From Takakia lepidozioides (lineage: Eukaryota > Plantae > Bryophyta), in the NCBI GenBank assembly GCA_030704615.1, contig CM060734.1, positions 14,384,001-14,448,000 on the forward strand: a stretch of DNA of 64,000 bases, in the 5' to 3' direction. Shown here in pieces: positions 35,780 through 50,700 of the stretch (positions are counted from its first letter, which is position 1; each line of letters starts with the position of its first letter). A program made the translations under genes and the position numbers. Under the pieces are notes generated by a model. It searched no databases, was not told where the DNA came from, and was given only the letters and a program-made list of their open reading frames with translations.

Positions 35780-38700
35780 ATCAGCTGCCCTATTTCGGCA
35801 CATCAAGTCTCAACCATGTTTTTTGCCCCATGATCTGTTTTAGATCTGGGCTGGTGTTAATTTCAATGGTAAGGGTAAAGTAATTCTCCCACCTCTTATT
35901 CCCTGCCCCAAGACCAAGTTCTATGTCTGGGGTAGGGAAATCATTACCATAACAGGCTGTAATCAGATTTACATGCCATGCAATCATCCATAGGAAACAC
36001 AAAGAATCTGAATTGCTCATCCCATCGGCCTGCAGGTTACTTTGGTATATTTATCCTAAAGCAACTTGAATACAATGCCTGAATCATTCTCTTCACTACC
36101 AATGTCTTAACCGTTTTGGAAAAATAGGTAAACATTCGAGGGCATATAACCAAGGACCGGATTTGGCCACAAAGATCCATCCATATCAGTTTTGGCATGG
36201 TATCAAGTGTCCTAAAGTAACCAGCTTCTAAAAGAGGCTAAGTTTCCAATGCTTGTACATTCAAGAACAACCGTCTGGTCATGAAAACATCGCCCTACAT
36301 TGTAGCATGTTACCAGATCTCTTTAAAGCCATCAGCTCGTTCGTCTATCGTTGCTCCATTGTCACATCAGTATGCCATAGGGAACAAGAGATAGTCGCCC
36401 TAATGATTGTCATAAGTAACAATCGGGAATCTTATATCAGACTTTTAGTGTTTACCCACCCCTTGTTTTTGGGTGTACAAACCAAAGGGGGCAGGTATTG
36501 GGACTTAGGTAATGAAGTCTGGCAGGGGTTTACCCACCTGGTTATATTCAGACAAAACATCTACCAGCAGCATATCATAATTGGGTATTTTTTTTTTTAT
36601 GGTGCTATAAAGAGCAAAGCCATAACCAGGAGAAACATGGAAACATTTGAGCCAAGAAATGGAACTCATTCTTATCATAAGGTATCTAAATCTGACATAA
36701 GGCATCGGCTACAGGGGACCGGCAAACAAGAGTAATGTGCATTGACCGGATCATGTATAAGGTGTACACGTCTACTCCAGCAAGCTGTCTTACCAAGGCC
36801 TAGCTCAAAATTTCAGCATTCAGAAGCCCTATAGATGTTCTATGCTTATCTCAGGTACCTTCAAGGATGCCTTACTCTCCATGCCAATTAGCCAACATAT
36901 TTTTGCTGGAGAAGATCTTACCTTATGAAGGACTTGCTTGCTCCACACCATGGTCATGGCGGGAGAGGAGCTGATATCTCATGGCTTTGGCCTTCCCATT
37001 GCCTTGGGTTCGTCACTTCAATCAGGAACATATATTGATAACCTTTTGTCATGCTCAGACCAAGGTGTTAGTAAATCAAACATAAAACTGAAAACAGAAG
37101 GGAGATTGGTTGATAATGTGTACAAGAACCACCAAGTACACTGGTCTAAATCAGAGAGGGAAGATACTATGTCTCGTCGAGACATGGACAAAGACCTGAC
37201 AAGGTCATTGTAAAATTAACGACGAATCAGCCTCGTTATCAACCATTCTTCATTCACAAGTCAGCTTTATGACAAATCCCAGACTTCAAAGTCAATGAAG
37301 TCTCTGGGTGGAAAAATTAGAGACTCAATTACCACTGTTCATAGCAGAAACCGTTGTTCGGCATGCTAAAAAGTGCCATTCATGACATGCCATGTCATTC
37401 GGTCTGTATTTTTTGGTCAGCTTACATACCAAGGCATAACCAACCATCCTAATTTATTGTTGGCCCCAAAACTAGTATAGTTTTGGGTTCTTTGTATCAT
37501 TGGACATACCAAAGTGACTGAGCAGTAAGTATCCATGTCCAAATAAGATCCATTGATCACTGTTCATGGCTGGAAATGTCTGTTGGTCTTAAAGAAGCCA
37601 TTTATGATCATAGAAGGCTTAAGAACAAAATAAGAGCATTTCTTTACATAGAGAACATCACCAAAGCAGGGTTACGGACTGATATTTGGCAGCTTATACA
37701 ACGGGGTGTAATCAGCCGCCCTATTTCGCACATCAAGTCACTTATTGACACCATGTTTTTTGCCCCATGATCTGTTTTAGATCTGGGGCTGGTGTGTAAT
37801 TTCAATGGTAGGGTAGAGTAATATTCCCGCCTCTTATTCCATGCCCCAAGACCAAGTTCTATGTCTGGGGTAGGGAATCATTACCATAACAGGCTGTAAT
37901 CAGATTTGCATGCCATGCAATCATCCATAGGAAACACAAAGAATCTGAATTGCTCATCCCATCAGGCCTGCAGGTTACTTTGGTATTATTTATCCTAAAG
38001 CACTTGAATACAATGCCCGAATCATTCTCTTCACATCTACCAATGTCTTACCGTTTTGGAAAATAGGTAAACATTCGAGGGCATATAACCAAGGACCGGA
38101 TTTGGCCACGAAAGATCCATCCATATCAGTTTGGCATGGTATCAAGTGTCCTAAAGTAACCAGCTTCTAAAAGAGGCTAGTTTCCAATGCTTGTACATTC
38201 AAGAACACCGTCTGGTCATGAAAACAGGTCTGCCCTACATTGTAGCATGTTACCAGATCTCTTTAAAGCCATCAGCTTGTCATATCGCTCCATTGTCCAC
38301 ATCAGTGCCATAGGGAACAAGAGATAGTCGCCCTAATGATTGTCATAAAGTAACAATCGGGAAATCTTATATCAGACTTTTAGTGTTTACCCACCCCTTG
38401 TTTTGGGTGTACAAAACCAAAGGGGGCAGGTATTGGGACTTAGGTAATGAAGTCTGGCAGGGGTTTACCACCTGGTTATATTCAGACAAAACATCTACCA
38501 GCAGCATATCATAATTGGGTATTTTTTTTTTATGGTGCTATAAAGCAAAGCCATAACCAGGAGAAACATGGAAACATTTGAGCCAAAGAAATGGAACTCA
38601 TTCTTATCATAAGGTATCTAAATCTGACATAAGGCATCGGCTACAGGGGACCGGCAAACAGAGTAATGTGCATTGACCGGATCATGTATAAGGTGTACAC

Positions 38701-41700
38701 GTCTACTCCAGCAAGCTGTCTTACCAGGCCTAGCTCAAAATTTCAGCATTCAGAAGCCCTATAGATGTTCTATGCTTATCTCAGGTACCTTCAAGGATGC
38801 CTTACTCTCCATGACCAATTAGCCAACATATTTTTGCTGGAGAAGATCTTACCTTATGAAGGACTTGCTTGCTCCACACCATGGTCGGCGGGAGAGGAGG
38901 CTGATATCTCATGGCTTTGGCCTTCCCATTGCCTTGGGTTCATCACTTCAATCAGGAACATATATTGATAACCTTTTGTCATGCTCAGACCAAGGTGTTA
39001 GTAAATCAAACATAAAACCGAAAACAAAGGGAGATTGGTTGATAATGTGTACAAGAACCACCAAGTACACTGGTCTAAATCAGAGAGGGAAGATACTATG
39101 TCTCGTCGAGACATGGACAAAGACCCGACAAGGTCATTGTAAATTAACGACGAATCACCCTCATTATCAACCATTCTTCATTCACAAGTCAGCTTTATGA
39201 CAAATCCCAGACTTCAAAGTCAATGAAGTCTCTGGGTGGAAAAATTAGAGACTCAATTACCACTGTTCATAGCAGGAAACCGTTGTTCGGCATGCTAAAA
39301 AGTGCCATTCATGACATGCCATGTCATTCGGTCTGTATTTTTTGGTCAGCTTACATACCAAGGCATAACCAACCATCCTAATTTATTGTTGGCCCAAAAA
39401 CTAGTATAGTTTTGGGTTCTTTGTATCATTGGACATACCAAAGTGACTGAGCAGTAAGTATCCATGTCCAAATAAAGATCCATTGATCACTGTTCATGGC
39501 TGGAAATGTCTTTGGTCTTAAAGAAGCCATTTATGATCATAGAAGGCGTAAGAACAAATAAGAGCATTTCTTTACATAGAGAACATCACCAAAGCAGGGT
39601 TACGGACTGATATTTGGCAGCTTATACAACGGGGTGTAATCAGCCGCCCTATTTCGCACATCAAGTCACTTATTGACACCATGTTTTTTTGCCCCTGATC
39701 TGTTTTAGATCTGGGGCTGGTGTGTAATTTCAATGGTAGGGTAGAGTAATATTCCCACCTCTTATTCCATGCCCCAAGACCAAGTTCTATGTCTGGGGTA
39801 GGGAAATCATTACCATAACAGGCTGTAATCAGATTTGCATGCCATGCAATCATCCATAGGAAACACAAAGAATCTGAATTGCTCATCCCATCAGGCCTGC
39901 AGGTTACTTTGGTATTATTTATCCTAAAGCAACTTGAATACAATGCCCGAATCATTCTCTTCACATCTACCAATGTCTTACCGTTTTGGAAAATAGGTAA
40001 ACATTCGAGGGCATATAACCAAGGACCGGATTTGGCCACGAAAGATCCATCCATATCAGTTTGGCATGGTATCAAGTGTCCTAAAGTAACCAGCTTCTAA
40101 AGAGGCTAAGTTTCCAATGCTTGTACATTCAAGAACACCGTCTGGTCATGAAACAGGTCTGCCCTACATTGTAGCATGTTACCAGATCTCTTTAAAGCCA
40201 TCAGCTCGTCATATCGTTGCTCCATTGTCACATCAGTATGCCATAGGGAACAAGAGATAGTCGCCCTAATGATTGTCATAAAGTAACAATCGGGAAATCT
40301 TATATCAGACTTTTAGTGTTTACCCACCCCTTGTTTTGGGTGTACAAAACCAAAGGGGGCAGGTATTGGGACTTAGGTAATGAAGTCTGGCAGGGGTTTA
40401 CCACCTGGTTATATTCAGACAAAACATCTACCAGCAGCATATCATAATTGGGTATTTTTTTTTTGGTGCTATAAAGAGCAAAGCCATAACCAGGAGAACA
40501 TGGAAACATTTGAGCCAAAGAAATGGAACTCATTCTTATCATAAGGTATCTAAATCTGACATAAGGCATCGGCTACAGGGGACCGGCAACAAGAGTAATG
40601 TGCATTGACCGGATCATGTATAAGGTGTACACGTCTACTCCAGCAAGCTGTCTTACCAAGGCCTAGCTCAAAATTTCAGCATTCAGAAGCCCTATAGATG
40701 TTCTATGCTTATCTCAGGTACCTTCAAGGATGCCTTACTCTCCATGACCAATTAGCCAACATATTTTTGCTGGAGAAGATCTTACCTTATGAAGGACTTG
40801 CTTGCTCCACACCATGGTCATGGCGGGAGAGGAGGCTGATATCTCATGGCTTTGGCCTTCCCATTGCCTTGGGTTCGTCACTTCAATCAGGAACATATAT
40901 TGATAACCTTTTGTCATGCTCAGACCAAGGTGTTAGTAAATCAAACATAAAACCGAAAACAGAAGGGAGATTGGTTGATAATGTGTACAAGAACCACCAA
41001 GTACACTGGTCTAAATCAGAGAGGGAAGATACTTATGTCTCGTCGAGACATGGACAAAGACCCGACAAGGTCATTGTAAAATTAACGACGAATCAGCCTC
41101 GTTATCAACCATTCTTCATTCACAAGTCAGCTTTATGACAAATCCCAGACTTCAAAGTCAATGAAGTCTCTGGGTGGGAAAAATTAGAGACTCAATTACC
41201 ACTGTTCATAGCAGGAAACCGTTGTTCGGCATGCTAAAAAGTGCCATTCATGACATGCCATGTCATTCGGTCTGTATTTTTTGGTCAGCTTACATACCAA
41301 GGCATAACCAACCATCCTAATTTATTGTTGGCCCAAAAACTAGTATAGTTTTGGGTTCTTTGTATCATGGACATACCAAAGTGACTGAGCAGTAAGTATC
41401 CATGTCCAAATAAAGATCCATTGATCACTGTTCATGGCTGGAAATGTCTGTTGGTCTTAAAGAAGCCATTTATGATCATAGAAGGCGTAAGAACAAAATA
41501 AGAGCATTTCTTTACATAGAGAACATCACCAAAGCAGGGTTACGGACTGATATTTGGCAGCTTATACAACGGGGTGTAATCAGCCGCCCTATTTCGCACA
41601 TCAAGTCACTTATTGACACCATGTTTTTTGCCCCGTGATCTGTTTTAGATCTGGGGCTGGTGTGTAATTTCAATGGTAGGGTAGAGTAATATTCCCACCT

Positions 41701-44700
41701 CTTATTCCATGCCCCAAGACCAAGTTCTATGTCTGGGGTAGGGAAATCATTACCATAACAGGCTGTAATCAGATTTGCATGCCATGCAATCATCCATAGG
41801 AAACACAAAGAATCTGAATTGCTCATCCCATCAGGCCTGCAGGTTACTTTGGTATTATTTATCCTAAAGCAACTTGAATACAATGCCTGAATCATTCTCT
41901 TCACATCTACCAATGTCTTACCGTTTTGGAAAATAGGTAAACATTCGAGGGCATATAACCAAGGACCGGATTTGGCCACGAAAGATCCATCCATATCAGT
42001 TTGGCATGGTATCAAGTGTCCTAAAGTAACCAGCTTCTAAAAGAGGCTAAGTTTCCAATGCTTGTACATTCAAGAACACCGTCTGGTCATGAAAACAGGT
42101 CTGCCCTACATTGTAGCATGTTACCAGATCTCTTTAAAGCCATCAGCTTGTCATATCGTTGCTCCATTGTCACATCAGTATGCCATAGGGAACAAGAGAT
42201 AGTCGCCCTAATGATTGTCATAAAGTAACAATCGGGAAATCTTATATCAGACTTTTAGTGTTTACCCACCCCTTGTTTTTGGGTGTACAAAACCAAAGGG
42301 GGCAGGTATTGGGACTTAGGTAATGAAGTCTGGCAGGGGTTTACCACCTGGTTATATTCAGACAAAACATCTACCAGCAGCATATCATAATTGGGTATTT
42401 TTTTTATGGTGCTATAAAGAGCAAAGCCATAACCAGGAGAAACATGGAAACATTTGAGCCAAAGAAATGGAACTCATTCTTATCATAAGGTATCTAAATC
42501 TGACATAAGGCATCGGCTACAGGGGACCGGCAAACAAGAGTAATGTGCATTGACCGGATCATGTATAAGGTGTACACGTCTACTCCAGCAAGCTGTCTTA
42601 CCAAGGCCTAGCTCAAAATTTCAGCATTCAGAAGCCCTATAGATGTTCTATGCTTATCTCAGGTACCTTCAAGGATGCCTTACTCTCCATGACCAATTAG
42701 CCAACATATTTTTGCTGGAGAAGATCTTACCTTATGAAGGACTTGCTTGCTCCACACCATGGTCATGGCGGGAGAGGAGGCTGATATCTCATGGCTTTGG
42801 CCTTCCCATTGCCTTGGGTTCATCACTTCAATCAGGAACATATATTGATAACCTTTTGTCATGCTCAGACCAAGGTGTTAGTAAATCAAACATAAAACTG
42901 AAAACAGAAGGGAGATTGGTTGATAATGTGTACAAGAACCACCAAGTACACTGGTCTAAATCAGAGAGGGAAGATACTATGTCTCGTCGAGACATGGACA
43001 AAGACCCGACAAGGTCATTGTAAAATTAACGACGAATCAGCCTCGTTATCAACCATTCTTCATTCACAAGTCAGCTTTATGACAAATCCCAGACTTCAAA
43101 GTCAATGAAGTCTCTGGGTGGGAAAAATTAGAGACTCAATTACCACTGTTCATAGCAGGAAACCGTTGTTCGGCATGCTAAAAAGTGCCATTCATGACAT
43201 GCCATGTCATTCGGTCTCCTGTATTTTTTGGTCAGCTTACATACCAAGGCATAACCAACCATCCTAATTTATTGTTGGCCCAAAAACTAGTATAGTTTTG
43301 GGTTCTTTGTATCATTGGACATACCAAAGTGACCGAAGCAGTAAGTATCCATGTCCAAATAAAGATCCATTGATCACTGTTCATGGCTGGATGGAAATGT
43401 GTTGGTCTTAAAGAAGCCATTTATGATCTAGAAGGCGTAAGAACAAATAAGAGCATTTCTTTACATAGAGAACATCACCAAAGCAGGGTACGGACTGATA
43501 TTTGGCAGCTTATACAACGGGGTAATCAGCCGCCCTATTTCGCACATCAAGTCACTTATTGACACCATGTTTTTTGCCCCATGATCTGTTTTAGATCTGG
43601 GGCTGGTGTGTAATCAATGGTAGGGTAGAGTAATTCCGCCTCTTATTCCATGCCCCAAGACCAAGTTCTATGTCTGGGGTAGGGAAATCATTACCATAAC
43701 AGGCTGTATCAGATTTGCATGCCATGCAATCATCCATAGGAACACAAAGAATCTGAATTGCTCATCCCATCAGGCCTGCAGGTTACTTTGGTATTATTTA
43801 TCCTAAAGCAACTTGAATACAATGCCCGAATCATTCTCTTCACATCTACCAATGTCTTACCGTTTGGAAAATAGGTAAACATTCGAGGGCATATAACCAA
43901 GGACCGGATTTGGCCCGAAAGATCCATCCATATCAGTTTGGCATGGTATCAAGTGTCCTAAGTAACCAGCTTCTAAAGAGGCTAAGTTTCCAATGCTTGT
44001 ACATTCAAGAACACCGTCTGGTCATGAAAACGGTCTGCCCTACATTGTAGCATGTTACCAGATCTCTTTAAAGCCATCAGCTCGTCATATCGTTGCTCCA
44101 TTGTCACATCAGTATGCCATAGGGAACAAGAGTAGTCGCCCTAATGATTGTCATAAAGTAACAATCGGGAAATCTTATATCAGACTTTTAGTGTTTACCC
44201 ACCTTGTTTGGGTGTACAAAACCAAAGGGGGCAGGTATTGGGACTTAGGTAATGAAGTCTGGCAGGGGTTTACCACCTGGTTATATTCAGACAAAACATC
44301 TACCAGCAGCATATCATAATTGGGTATTTTTTTTATGGTGCTATAAAGAGCAAAGCCAACCAGGAGAAACATGGAAACATTTGAGCCAAAGAAATGGAAC
44401 TCATTCTTATCATAAGGTATCTAAATCTGACATAAGGCATCGGCTACAGGGGACCGGCAAAACAGAGTAATGTGCATTGACGGATCATGTATAAGGTGTA
44501 CACGTCTACTCCAGCAAGCTGTCTTACCAAGGCCTAGCTCAAAATTTCAGCATTCAGAAGCCCTATAGATGTTCTATGCTTATCTCAGGTACCTTCAAGG
44601 ATGCCTTACTCTCCATGACCAATTAGCCAACATATTTTGCTGGAGAAGATCTACCTTATGAAGGACTTGCTTGCTCCACACCATGGTCATGGCGGGAGAG

Positions 44701-47700
44701 GAGGCTGATATCTCATGGCTTTGGCCTTCCCATTGCCTTGGGTTCGTCACTTCAATCAGGAACATATATTGATAACCTTTTGTCATGCTCAGACCAAGGT
44801 GTTAGTAAATCAAACATAAAACCGAAAACAGAAGGGAGATTGGTTGATAATGTGTACAAGAACCACCAAGTACACTGGTCTAAATCAGAGAGGGAAGATA
44901 CGTATGTCTCGTCGAGACATGGACAAAGACCCGACAAGGTCATTGTAAAATTAACGACGAATCAGCCTCGTTATCAACCATTCTTCATTCAAGTCAGCTT
45001 TATGACAAATCCCAGACTTCAAAGTCAATGAAGTCTCTGGGGGAAAAATTAGAGACTCAATTACCACTGTTCATAGCAGGAAACCGTTGTTCGGCATGCT
45101 AAAAGTGCCATTCATGACATGCCATGTCATTCGGTCTGTATTTTTGGTCAGCTTACATACCAAGGCATAACCAACCATCCTAATTTATTGTTGGCCCAAA
45201 AACTAGTATAGTTTTGGGTTCTTTGTATCATTGGACATACCAAAGTGACGAGCAGTAAGTATCCATGTCCAAATAAAGATCCATTGATCACTGTTCATGG
45301 CTGGAAATGTCTGTTGGTCTTAAAGAAGCCATTTATGATCATAGAAGGCGTAAGAACAAAATAAGAGCATTTCTTTACATAGAGAACATCACCAAAGCAG
45401 GGTTACGGACTGATATTTGGCAGCTTATACAACGGGGTGTAATCAGCCGCCCTATTTCGCACATCAAGTCACTTATTGACACCATGTTTTTTGCCCCATG
45501 ATCTGTTTTAGATCTGGGGCTGGTGTGTAATTTCAATGGTAGGGTAGAGTAATATTCCCGCCTCTTATTCCATGCCCCAAGACCAAGTTCTATGTCTGGG
45601 GTAGGGAAATCATTACCATAACAGGCTGTAATCAGATTTGCATGCCATGCAATCATCCATAGGAAACACAAAGAATCTGAATTGCTCATCCCATCAGGCC
45701 TGCAGGTTACTTTGGTATATTTATCCTAAAGCAACTTGAATACAATGCCCGAATCATCTCTTCACATCTACCAATGTCTTACCGTTTTGGAAAATAGGTA
45801 AACATTCGAGGGCATAAACCAAGGACCGGATTTGGCCACGAAAGATCCATCCATATCAGTTTGGCATGGTATCAAGTGTCCTAAAGTAACCAGCTTCTAA
45901 AAGAGGCTAAGTTTCCAATGCTTGTACATTCAAGAACACCGTCTGGTCATGAAAAAACCGGTCTGCCCTACATTGTAGCATGTTACCAGATCTCTTTAAA
46001 GCCATCAGCTCGTCATATCGTTGCTCCATTGTCACATCGGTATGCCATAGGGAACAAGAGATAGTCGCCCTAATGATTGTCATAAAGTAACAATCGGGAA
46101 ATCTTATATCAGACTTTTAGTGTTTACCCACCCCGTGTTTTGGGTGTACAAAACCAAAGGGGGCAGGTATTGGGACTTAGGTAATGAAGTCTGGCAGGGG
46201 TTTACCACCTGGTTATATTCAGACAAAACATCTACCAGCAGCATATCATAATGGTTTTTTTTATGGTGCTATAAAGAGCAAAGCCATAACCAGGAGAAAC
46301 ATGGAAACATTTGAGCCAAAGAAATGGAACTCATTCTTATCATAAGGTATCTAAATCTGACATAAGGCATCGGCTACAGGGGACCGGCAAACAAGAGTAA
46401 TGTGCATTGACCGGATCATGTATAAGGTGTACACGTCTACTCCAGCAAGCTGTCTTACCAAGGCCTAGCTCAAAATTTCAGCATTCAGAAGCCCTATAGA
46501 TGTTCTATGCTTATCTCAGGTACCTTCAAGGATGCCTTACTCTCCATGACCAATTAGCCAACATATTTTGCTGGAGAAGATCTTACCTTATGAAGGACTT
46601 GCTTGCTCCACACCATGGTCATGGCGGGAGAGGAGGCTGATATCTCATGGCTTTGGCCTTCCCATTGCCTTGGGTTCGTCACTTCAATCAGGAACATATA
46701 TTGATAACCTTTTGTCATGCTCAGACCAAGGTGTTAGTAAATCAAACATAAAACCGAAAACAGAAGGGAGATTGGTTGATAATGTGTACAAGAACCACCA
46801 AGTACACTGGTCTAAATCAGAGAGGGAAGATACGTATGTCTCGTCGAGACATGGACAAAGACCCGACAAGGTCATTGTAAAATTAACGACGAATCGGCCT
46901 CGTTATCAACCATTCTTCATTCACAAGTCAGCTTTATGACAAATCCCAGACTTCAAAGTCAATGAAGTCTCTGGGTGGGAAAAATTAGAGACTCAATTAC
47001 CACTGTTCATAGCAGGAAAAACCGTTGTTCGGCATGCTAAAAAGTGCCATTCATGACATGCCATGTCATTCGGTCTGTATTTTTGGTCAGCTTACATACC
47101 AAGGCATAACCAACCATCCTAATTTATTGTTGGCCCAAAAACTAGTATAGTTTTGGGTTCTTTGTATCATTGGACATACCAAAGTGACCGAGCAGTAAGT
47201 ATCCATGTCCAAATAAAGATCCATTGATCACTGTTCATGGCTGGAATGTCTGTTGGTCTTAAAGAAGCCATTTATGATCATAGAAGGCGTAAGAACAAAA
47301 TAAGAGCATTTCTTTACATAGAGAACATCACCAAAGCAGGGTTACGGACTGATATTTGGCAGCTTATACAACGGGGTGTAATCAGCCGCCCTATTTCGCA
47401 CATCAAGTCACTTATTGACACCATGTTTTTGCCCCATGATCTGTTTTAGATCTGGGGCTGGTGTGTAATTTCAATGGTAGGGTAGAGTAATATTCCCGCC
47501 TCTTATTCCATGCCCCAAGACCAAGTTCTATGTCTGGGGTAGGGAAATCATTACCATAACAGGCTGTAATCAGATTTGCATGCCATGCAATCATCCATAG
47601 GAAACACAAAGAATCTGAATTGCTCATCCCATCAGGCCTGCAGGTTACTTTGGTATGATTTATCCTAAAGCAACTTGAATACAATGCCCGAATCATTCTC

Positions 47701-50700
47701 TTCACATCTACCAATGTCTTACCGTTTTGGAAAATAGGTAAACATTCGAGGGCATATAACCAAGGACCGGATTTGGCCACGAAAGATCCATCCATATCAG
47801 TTTGGCATGGTATCAAGTGTCCTAAAGTAACCAGCTTCTAAAAGAGGCTAAGTTTCCAATGCTTGTACATTCAAGAACACGTCTGGTCATGAAAACGGTC
47901 TGCCCTACATTGTAGCATTACCAGATCTCTTTAAAGCCATCAGCTCGTCATATCGTTGCTCCATTGTCACATCAGTATGCCATAGGGAACAAGAGATAGT
48001 CGCCCTAATGATTGTCATAAAGTAACAATCGGGAAATCTTATATCAGACTTTTAGTGTTTACCCACCCCTTGTTTTGGGTGTACAAAACCAAAGGGGGCA
48101 GGTATTGGGACTTAGGTAATGAAGTCTGGCAGGGGTTTACCCCTGGTTATATTCAGACAAAACATCTACCAGCAGCATATCATAATTGGGTATTTTTTTT
48201 TATGGTGCTATAAAGAGCAAAGCCATAACCAGGAGAAACATGGAAACATTTGAGCCAAAGAAATGGAACTCATTCTTATCATAAGGTATCTAAATCTGAC
48301 ATAAGGCATCGGCTACAGGGGACCGGCAAACAAGAGTAATGTGCATTGACCGGATCATGTAAGGTGTACACGTCTACTCCAGCAAGCTGTCTTACCAAGG
48401 CCTAGCTCAAAATTTCAGCATTCAGAAGCCCTATAGATGTTCTATGCTTATCTCAGGTACCTTCAAGGATGCCTTACTCTCCATGACCAATTAGCCAACA
48501 TATTTTGCTGGAGAAGATCTTACCTTATGAAGGACTTGCTTGCTCCACACCATGGTCATGGCGGGAGAGGAGGCTGATATCTCATGGCTTTGGCCTTCCC
48601 ATTGCCTTGGGTTCGTCACTTCAATCAGGAACATATATTGATAACCTTTTGTCATGCTCAGACCAAGGTGTTAGTAAATCAAACATAAAACCGAAAACAG
48701 AAGGGAGATTGGTTGATAATGTGTACAAGAACCACCAAGTACACTGGTCTAAATCAGAGAGGGAAGATACGTATGTCTCGTCGAGACATGGACAAAGACC
48801 CGACAAGGTCATTGTAAAATTAACGACGAATCAGCCTCGTTATCAACCATTCTTCATTCACAAGTCAGCTTTATGACAAATCCAGACTTCAAAGTCAATG
48901 AAGTCTCTGGGTGGGAAAAATTAGAGACTCAATTACCACTGTTCATAGCAGGAAACCGTTGTTCGGCATGCTAAAAAGTGCCATTCATGACATGCCATGT
49001 CATTCGGTCTGTATTTTTTGGTCAGCTTACATACCAAGGCATAACCAACCATCCTAATTTATTGTTGGCCCAAAAACTAGTATAGTTTTGGGGTTCTTTG
49101 TATCATTGGACATACCAAAGTGACTGAGCAGAAGTATCCATGTCCAAATAAAGATCCATTGATCACTGTTCATGGCTGGAAATGTCTGTTGGTCTTAAAG
49201 AAGCCATTTATGATCATAGAAGGCGTAAGAACAAAATAAGAGCATTTCTTTACATAGAGAACATCACCAAAGCAGGGTTACGGACTGATATTTGGCAGCT
49301 TATACAACGGGGTGTAATCAGCCGCCCTATTTCGCACATCCAAGTCACTTATTGACCCATGTTTTTTGCCCCGTGATCTGTTTTAGATCTGGGGCTGGTG
49401 TGTAATTTCAATGGTAGGGTAGAGTAATATTCCCACCTCTTATTCCATGCCCCAAGACCAAGTTCTATGTCTGGGGTAGGGAAATCATTACCATAACAGG
49501 CTGTAATCAGATTTGCATGCCATGCAATCATCCATAGGAAACACAAAGAATCTGAATTGCCTCATCCCATCAGGCCTGCAGGTTACTTTGGTATTATTTA
49601 TCCTAAAGCAACTTGAATACAATGCCCGAATCATTCTCTTCACATCTACCAATGTCTTACCGTTTTGGAAAATAGGTAAACATTCGAGGGCATATAACCA
49701 AGGACCGGATTTGGCCACGAAAGATCCATCCATATCAGTTTGGCATGGTATCAAGTGTCCTAAAGTAACCAGCTTCTAAAAGAGGCTGAGTTTCCAATGC
49801 TTGTACATTCAAGAACACCGTCTGGTCATGAAAACAGGTCTGCCCTACATTGTAGCATGTTACCAGATCTCTTTTAAAGCCATCAGCTCGTCATATCGTT
49901 GCTCCATTGTCACATCAGTATGCCATAGGGAACAAGAGATAGTCGCCCTAATGATTGTCATAAAGTAACAATCGGGAAATCTTATATCAGACTTTTAGTG
50001 TTTACCCACCCCTTGTTTTGGGTGTACAAAACCAAAGGGGGCAGGTATTGGGACTTAGGTAATGAAGTCTGGCAGGGGTTTACCACCTGGTTATATTCAG
50101 ACAAAACATCTACCAGCAGCATATCATAATTGGGTATTTTTTTTTATGGTGCTATAAAGAGCAAAGCCATAACCAGGAGAAACACGGAAACATTTGAGCC
50201 AAAGAAATGGAACTCATTCTTATCATAAGGTATCTAAATCTGACATAAGGCATCGGCTACAGGGGACCGGCAAACAAGAGTAATGTGCATTGACCGGATC
50301 ATGTATAAGGTGTACACGTCTACTCCAGCAAGCTGTCTTACCAAGGCCTAGCTCAAAATTTCAGCATTCAGAAGCCCTATAGATGTTCTATGCTTATCTC
50401 AGGTACCTTCAAGGATGCCTTACTCTCCATGACCAATTAGCCAACATATTTTTGCTGGAGAAGATCTTACCTTATGAAGGACTTGCTTGCTCCACACCAT
50501 GGTCATGGCGGGAGAGGAGGCTGATATCTCATGGCTTTGGCCTTCCCATTGCCTTGGTTCGTCACTTCAATCAGGAACATATATTGATAACCTTTTGTCA
50601 TGCTCAGACCAAGGTGTTAGTAAATCAAACATAAAACCGAAAACAGAAGGGAGATTGGTTGATAATGTGTACAAGAACCACCAAGTACACTGGTCTAAAT

